Shown piece after piece: positions 59,161 to 64,000 of a stretch of 64,000 nucleotides of DNA. Position 1 is the stretch's first letter. Each line of letters opens with the position of its first letter. Origin of the DNA: Flectonema sp. DT1601 (taxonomy: Eukaryota); NCBI GenBank assembly GCA_964019425.1, contig OZ025797.1, forward strand, positions 992,001 through 1,056,000, in the 5' to 3' direction. The notes under the pieces are model-generated. The model had not been told where the DNA came from. It searched no databases and worked only from the letters and a program-made list of their open reading frames with translations. Made by a program: the position numbers and the translations under genes.

Positions 59161-62088
59161 TTAGACTTTGATGCAAACATCTTGAGCACATCTCCAGAAT
59201 AACTGAATTCGGCACGCGGAGGTATTTCTTATTCGTAATTCAACAGCTCGATGAATATCTCGTTTTAGAATCAAAGGAGGGATGACATGAATACGACAAC
59301 TAAATCCTTTCCACAAAGACTGAATAGCTGTTGCTTTTTGATTTCTTAAAATATTTCGTTTCTCCTTAATGAGTCTCCTTGTAGTATATCCACGAAAGCA
59401 TGACTGAATTGTAATCACAGATTCTGTTTGATTTTGTTGGATGAGCGTCTGCTTTAATAAGTCATTCTTAGTTTGCAATACGTTCTGTCTACGTATTAAA
59501 AACCCACGTAAGACTCCCTGAATCAAGGTTGCATTGTCTTGTTGAACAGTTTGTTCCCAACACATCTGGATATTAGTTCTCAGGGTAGCAGCTATTGATA
59601 ATGCTCTTTTCCTGTTTTGGTATCGTTGCCAACACTTAGTGATAATTCGATATGAGTGCAGTCGTGTCGTTGTTTGGAGGGTGAGGGCTCTTTGCAGTTT
59701 GCCATACAAACGAATCGATCTTATCCTCACTACTCTCTTTGATTGCAAAGCCCTAGCAGCTGTTTGAAGTAATAATGCGTTTGTAAAATACCAACACCAC
59801 ACCCGCTGTTGAACAATCATCTTGAAGGCGATAAGCCGTTGTGATCGACGGTGTGTTTTCTGAATGGTTCTGACAGCGAATAGTCTTTCTTGATCAAAGC
59901 TGTGCAATGATTCGAGTTCGTAGTCTTTGTTTTGATTATCTAATTTAGAAGAGTACTTCATTTTTGAAATAAAAATTCGAAACCTCCTTTGAATTGCAAC
60001 GACAGAAGTAACAAGTTGACGTAACTTCTTAACAACTGCAAACCTTCTGTAAGCAGACTGAATTAGGATGCTACACGAATACTCATTTACAACGATGCAT
60101 TGATCTGTAAAGTATAACTGACTTTGTGATAAGTGTTGCTGTAGTAGCTTTGCTTCCATTTTTAACAACGTATAACAAAATGAACGACGTTGCATTGCAT
60201 AGTATTGTTTTAAACGATATTTTGAACCCAATAACTTCCTACCATTAAACGCATCGAAGATCCTAATTAGAGCACCAGTTGATATTAGTCGTCTACTAGA
60301 CTCCTGATAGCTGTGGTACTTTTGTAGCTTTGAAAAATAGACCCGAATAATATACGAGTGGCGTAGTTTTTTTCGAACCAAACCACCTCTCATGAACCGT
60401 TGTATGAATGAAATACGTCTCGTTCTTGCCACTAATATAAAGTCTGATATGATATGTTTTCTTGTTACTGTTTGAAGGGATTGTGTGATAGAAGTTACAG
60501 CTCTGTTTTTTAAATTCGTTTTCATCACAACTCGGAATTGAATGACAACAGAAACAGCGTTTGAGAGTAATCTCCACCTCTGCAACACAAGCTGTCTTTT
60601 CAATGATTGAATATGTCGGATGTTCTTATGACTTATGTGATCCGCTAGCTTCAGTTGCCTACTAGTCTGATTATCTTGATAATTTGAATGTAATGTAAGT
60701 GTTCCAATCGCAGCCTCTAACAGATGAGAGGTACATAATTTCTTATTCCGTCGTCTACGATCACATCGCAATACAGATATAGGTTCTACTTTATCAGCAC
60801 AAACAAGAGTTATATTCTGGTTGATATCTCCGCTTGACAATATCTTTAAATTAGTGAAAGGAGGAAGAACGTAAATCCCACTTGATAGATATGCCAGTGG
60901 AATGTTTTTCAGCTTAATAATCTTTGAGTAACCTGTTTGATCTATTGAAGGCTGTCTTAGGTAGCTCTGAATCGGAATAACCCAACCAATGTTACAAATC
61001 TTTAGTGTTCGATATCCAAGTAGTAGGCGGAAGTCAGCGTGATTACATATCACATATGCATCGGTTTTTTTCATTGTGATATTGCCGGTAATCTCTCCCC
61101 AAATATAACAATAATTCTCAAGAACAGTTTTTGGTAAACAAGATATGTTGCAAACCTGCAACGATACTCTCAACTCCTTTAATATATTTAAAGGATTAGA
61201 TCTGTTGTCCGGAACAGTTCTCTTTTCAAGTCCATTTTCACAATAAGTTCTCAGCAATGTCGTCTCTGCTTTCCGCAGCTTCCTCACAGGTAAGATCACT
61301 GGATTTATTTGCTGCTTAACCCGCTTGATGGGTACTATTTTATTTTCTATTTTTCCAATTTTTCGTGAGAGTGTGTGTTTCCTTTCCGGTAGGTACATCC
61401 GTTCCATTGAACTTTGAATTCCATTATCGTTAGCTTTGAGAGAATTACCGCTACTAACGGCTGAAGACAATTCCCAGACATGTTTTGCGGAGTGGTACTT
61501 CGGGACATCAGAGATATAGTTCCATGAGATACTTTCAGGTGTGATTGAGGAAGAGCATAACTCTGATTCAGCTATCGTTTCATTGCGTAGGCGAGAAGAC
61601 AAAACCCATCTGCCTAATACAGAAATTGGTTGGTATCGTTTAACGGAACCACTACTCTTACCACGTTGATACCATCCACACAACTTTCCACCACATGCTG
61701 TAATATTATTAACAAACGCATGTGAATCGCTTAGTTCTATGTCATCAGTTTGTAAGTTGACAACTGATACTAAAGGTGATGTTGGTGACTTACGACTGTG
61801 TTCTAGAAGGCAATTTATTGCTCCATATTTAGTAGTTGCAGTTTTTTGCTCCCAAGATCCGTTCTCTAAAGTGAGAAATATTTTCTTGTTAAGCAATATC
61901 TGAGGGGGATGATTATCATGTAGTACCAATTCTATTAAGCATCGTTCCCAAGACATCGCATGTGTTTCTGATAGCCAATCGTTTCCATCATTATTTCCAA
62001 GTAATATGACGTGTCCGTCTTGCTCTGTGAATGATAATACTTCTTCTCGATCAGCTTTTCGTCGTCTTTGAATTCCCAGAGCGACCAT
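59161..62088 (-). CDS. IQ calmodulin-binding motif protein
   Basis: Multiple IQxxxRGxxxR motifs (IQRFMRG, IQGVLRG, IQSCFRG, IQSLWKG). Start MVALG after ttttctttcag. A further 3' exon is possible. Confidence 0.8.
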   Translation of the reverse strand: MVALGIQRRRKADREEVLSFTEQDGHVILLGNNDGNDWLSETHAMSWERCLIELVLHDNHPPQILLNKKIFLTLENGSWEQKTATTKYGAINCLLEHSRKSPTSPLVSVVNLQTDDIELSDSHAFVNNITACGGKLCGWYQRGKSSGSVKRYQPISVLGRWVLSSRLRNETIAESELCSSSITPESISWNYISDVPKYHSAKHVWELSSAVSSGNSLKANDNGIQSSMERMYLPERKHTLSRKIGKIENKIVPIKRVKQQINPVILPVRKLRKAETTLLRTYCENGLEKRTVPDNRSNPLNILKELRVSLQVCNISCLPKTVLENYCYIWGEITGNITMKKTDAYVICNHADFRLLLGYRTLKICNIGWVIPIQSYLRQPSIDQTGYSKIIKLKNIPLAYLSSGIYVLPPFTNLKILSSGDINQNITLVCADKVEPISVLRCDRRRRNKKLCTSHLLEAAIGTLTLHSNYQDNQTSRQLKLADHISHKNIRHIQSLKRQLVLQRWRLLSNAVSVVIQFRVVMKTNLKNRAVTSITQSLQTVTRKHIISDFILVARTRRISFIQRFMRGGLVRKKLRHSYIIRVYFSKLQKYHSYQESSRRLISTGALIRIFDAFNGRKLLGSKYRLKQYYAMQRRSFCYTLLKMEAKLLQQHLSQSQLYFTDQCIVVNEYSCSILIQSAYRRFAVVKKLRQLVTSVVAIQRRFRIFISKMKYSSKLDNQNKDYELESLHSFDQERLFAVRTIQKTHRRSQRLIAFKMIVQQRVWCWYFTNALLLQTAARALQSKRVVRIRSIRLYGKLQRALTLQTTTRLHSYRIITKCWQRYQNRKRALSIAATLRTNIQMCWEQTVQQDNATLIQGVLRGFLIRRQNVLQTKNDLLKQTLIQQNQTESVITIQSCFRGYTTRRLIKEKRNILRNQKATAIQSLWKGFSCRIHVIPPLILKRDIHRAVELRIRNTSACRIQLFWRCAQDVCIKV

Positions 62089-62490
62089 ATCATGTAACTG
62101 AAAGAAAATAATCTCACAAAAGGTTAACAAACATCACACAATAACGAGAAAGAGTTCTCTACCAACCCTGTATTAAGTCATGTCTCCCTGCTGAGCGTTT
62201 CTTGTGTTGAACACGACAAAGATACAAAACCGATCAGCAACATAATTATATACATATTGAAGTGAATCAATCAATGACAATGAAAGGATTAGATATGTTG
62301 ATATTTGTCATCATTTGGTTCAGAAGCAGCTGATCACATAGATCGACATAGAAGTTGTGCAATCTGCAGAGTCAGAATCAGTGCGAGTAGCGCTAGGACA
62401 AGCTGTGAATTGGAGAATGCAGGAAGAAGAATAGATAGAAAGAACCCTGTCTTGCCCTTTCTCATGTTGAACACGACAAAGACACAAAAC

Positions 62491-62577
62491 CGATCAGCAA
62501 CATAATTATATACATATTGAAGTGAATCAATCAATGACAATGAAAGGATTAGATATGTTGATATTTGTCATCATTCG
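62491..62577 (-). ncRNA. Box C/D snoRNA A (copies also at 62231-62317, 62970-63056, 63449-63535, partial from 63928)
   Basis: Minus strand reads cga-ATGATGA...TTGA(D')...CTGA-tcg with a terminal stem. The 15-nt segment before D' is complementary to GACAAUGAAAGGAUU, which fits the 18S GACA-N5-AGGAUU site. Confidence 0.7.
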
Positions 62578-62668
62578 TTAAGTTGAGAATCACTTTTAGT
62601 GAGAAAGGATCCCAGGGAGCGCAATGTTAACAAAGACGAGATGAATCTCCTCAAGAAGAGAACAAGAC

Positions 62669-62766
62669 AATCAGTTTATAAATACACAGTTCTATCGCAT
62701 ACCAACTGCAAGCAGCTGACTAAGATCGGAGGTGACAGAATAAGAATGTGATGTTTATCATCATTT
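62669..62766 (-). ncRNA. Box C/D snoRNA B (copies also at 63148-63245, 63627-63724)
   Basis: ATGATGA...CCGA(D')...CTGA. The segment before D' is complementary to AGGUGACAGAAUAAG, resembling LSU GAGGUGYCAGAAAAGUUACC. Confidence 0.65.
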
Positions 62767-62811
62767 CAGAAAAGTATTTCAATAAATTTACGAAAGCAAC
62801 ACCCAACTGTG

Positions 62812-62881
62812 ATATCAGAAAGGTGTGAATCCAAGAACCGCAGAGGAAGAAGGAAGTCGTGAGTGTTATCCTTATCACGTG
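62812..62881 (-). ncRNA. Possible third C/D snoRNA per unit
   Basis: Degenerate C box GTGATAA and D box CTGA. The guide is complementary to AAAGGUGUGAAUCC, resembling LSU AAAAGGUGUU. Confidence 0.35.
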
Positions 62882-64000
62882 AAGGAACTCTTACCAGATC
62901 GTAGAAGTGACCACACACGTATTGCCCTGATCTCGTAACAAGATGAGATCTTTGTGCTGAATACAAAACCGATCAGCAACATAATTATATACATATTGAA
63001 GTGAATCAATCAATGACAATGAAAGGATTAGATATGTTGATATTTGTCATCATTCGTTAAGTTGAGAATCACCTTTTGTGAGAAAGGATCTCAGGGAGCG
63101 CAATGCAAACGAAGACGAGATGAATCTCCTCAAGAAGAGAACAAGACAATCAGTTTATAAATACACAGTTCTATCGCATACCAACTGCAAGCAGCTGACT
63201 AAGATCGGAGGTGACAGAATAAGAATGTGATGTTTATCATCATTTCAGAAAAGTATTTCAATAAAGTTACGAAAGCGACACCCAACTGTGATATCAGAAA
63301 GGTGTGAATCCAAGAACTGCAGAGGAAGAAGGAAGTCGTGAGTGTTATCCTTATCACGTGAAGGAACTCTTACCAGATCGTAGAAGTGACCACACACGTA
63401 TTGTCCTGATCTCGTAACAAGATGAGATCCTTGTGCTGAATACAAAACCGATCAGCAACATAATTATATACATATTGAAGTGAATCAATCAATGACAATG
63501 AAAGGATTAGATATGTTGATATTTGTCATCATTCGTTAAGTTGAGAATCACTTTTAGTGAGAAAGGATCTCAGGGAGCGCAATGTTAACAAAGACGAGAT
63601 GAATCTCCTCAAGAAGAGAACAAGACAATCAGTTTATAAATACACAGTTCTATCGCATACCAACTGCAAGCAGCTGACTAAGATCGGAGGTGACAGAATA
63701 AGAATGTGATGTTTATCATCATTTCAGAAAAGTATTTCAATAAAGTTACGAAAGCAACACCCAACTGTGATATCAGAAAGGTGTAAATCCAAGAACTGCA
63801 GAGGAAGAAGGAAGTCGTGAGTGTTATCCTTATCACGTGAAGGAACTCTCACCAGATCGTAGAAGTGACCACACACGTATTGTCCTGATCTCGTAACAAG
63901 ATGAGATCTTTGTGCTGAATACAAAACCGATCAGCAACATAATTATATACATATTGAAGTGAATCAATCAATGACAATGAAAGGATTAGATATGTTGATA

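Larger units (their letters stand above)
62205..64000. repeat. 479-bp tandem repeat (3+ units, runs off the window), preceded by a partial unit
   Basis: aaaaccgatcagcaac at 62226, 62486, 62965, 63444 and 63923. Confidence 0.95.

Noticed and set aside
58990..59178. Extra 3' intron/exon of the IQ gene (GAT|gtttgc..tgtcag|GGT)
   Set aside because: In frame but unsupported; the pyrimidine-rich AG could equally be the next gene's trans-splice site. If real, it would be a counterexample to the A-rich acceptor pattern.
62766..63924. Repeated 66-aa ORF MYSAQRSH
   Set aside because: Short, TTG start, no recognisable domain; the unit is better explained by snoRNA boxes.

Overview
AT-rich eukaryotic (protist) DNA. 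Every credible gene lies on the minus strand, closely spaced, with few GT-AG introns. This looks like a euglenozoan-type directional gene cluster; a diplomenid-like source is my inference, not a sequence match. Left flank (2-9 kb): PH-like/Pro-rich protein, signal peptide peptidase, SAM methyltransferase-like protein, NIF/FCP1 phosphatase, Nit2. Centre (8.8-41.3 kb): tandem array of ~3-4 kb units carrying a small Cys-rich single-pass membrane protein (8 near-identical mosaic copies, 1 fragment, 1 divergent copy). Comparing units exposes several unit-specific insertions with target-site duplications: a 1.6-kb G-run-targeting retroelement with complementary ends, a 493-bp SINE-like element, shorter structured inserts and a 74-bp 28S rRNA fragment. 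Right flank (41.5-62 kb): SMP-domain protein, JmjC-HAD fusion, VPS9 GEF, ankyrin, SET, Mpv17, coiled-coil and IQ proteins. The last 1.8 kb is a 479-bp tandem repeat that appears to be a box C/D snoRNA cluster. All seven reconstructable cis-introns have A/C-rich rather than pyrimidine-rich 3' tracts, whereas several AG sites upstream of start codons are pyrimidine-rich. All calls were made by eye without database searches.
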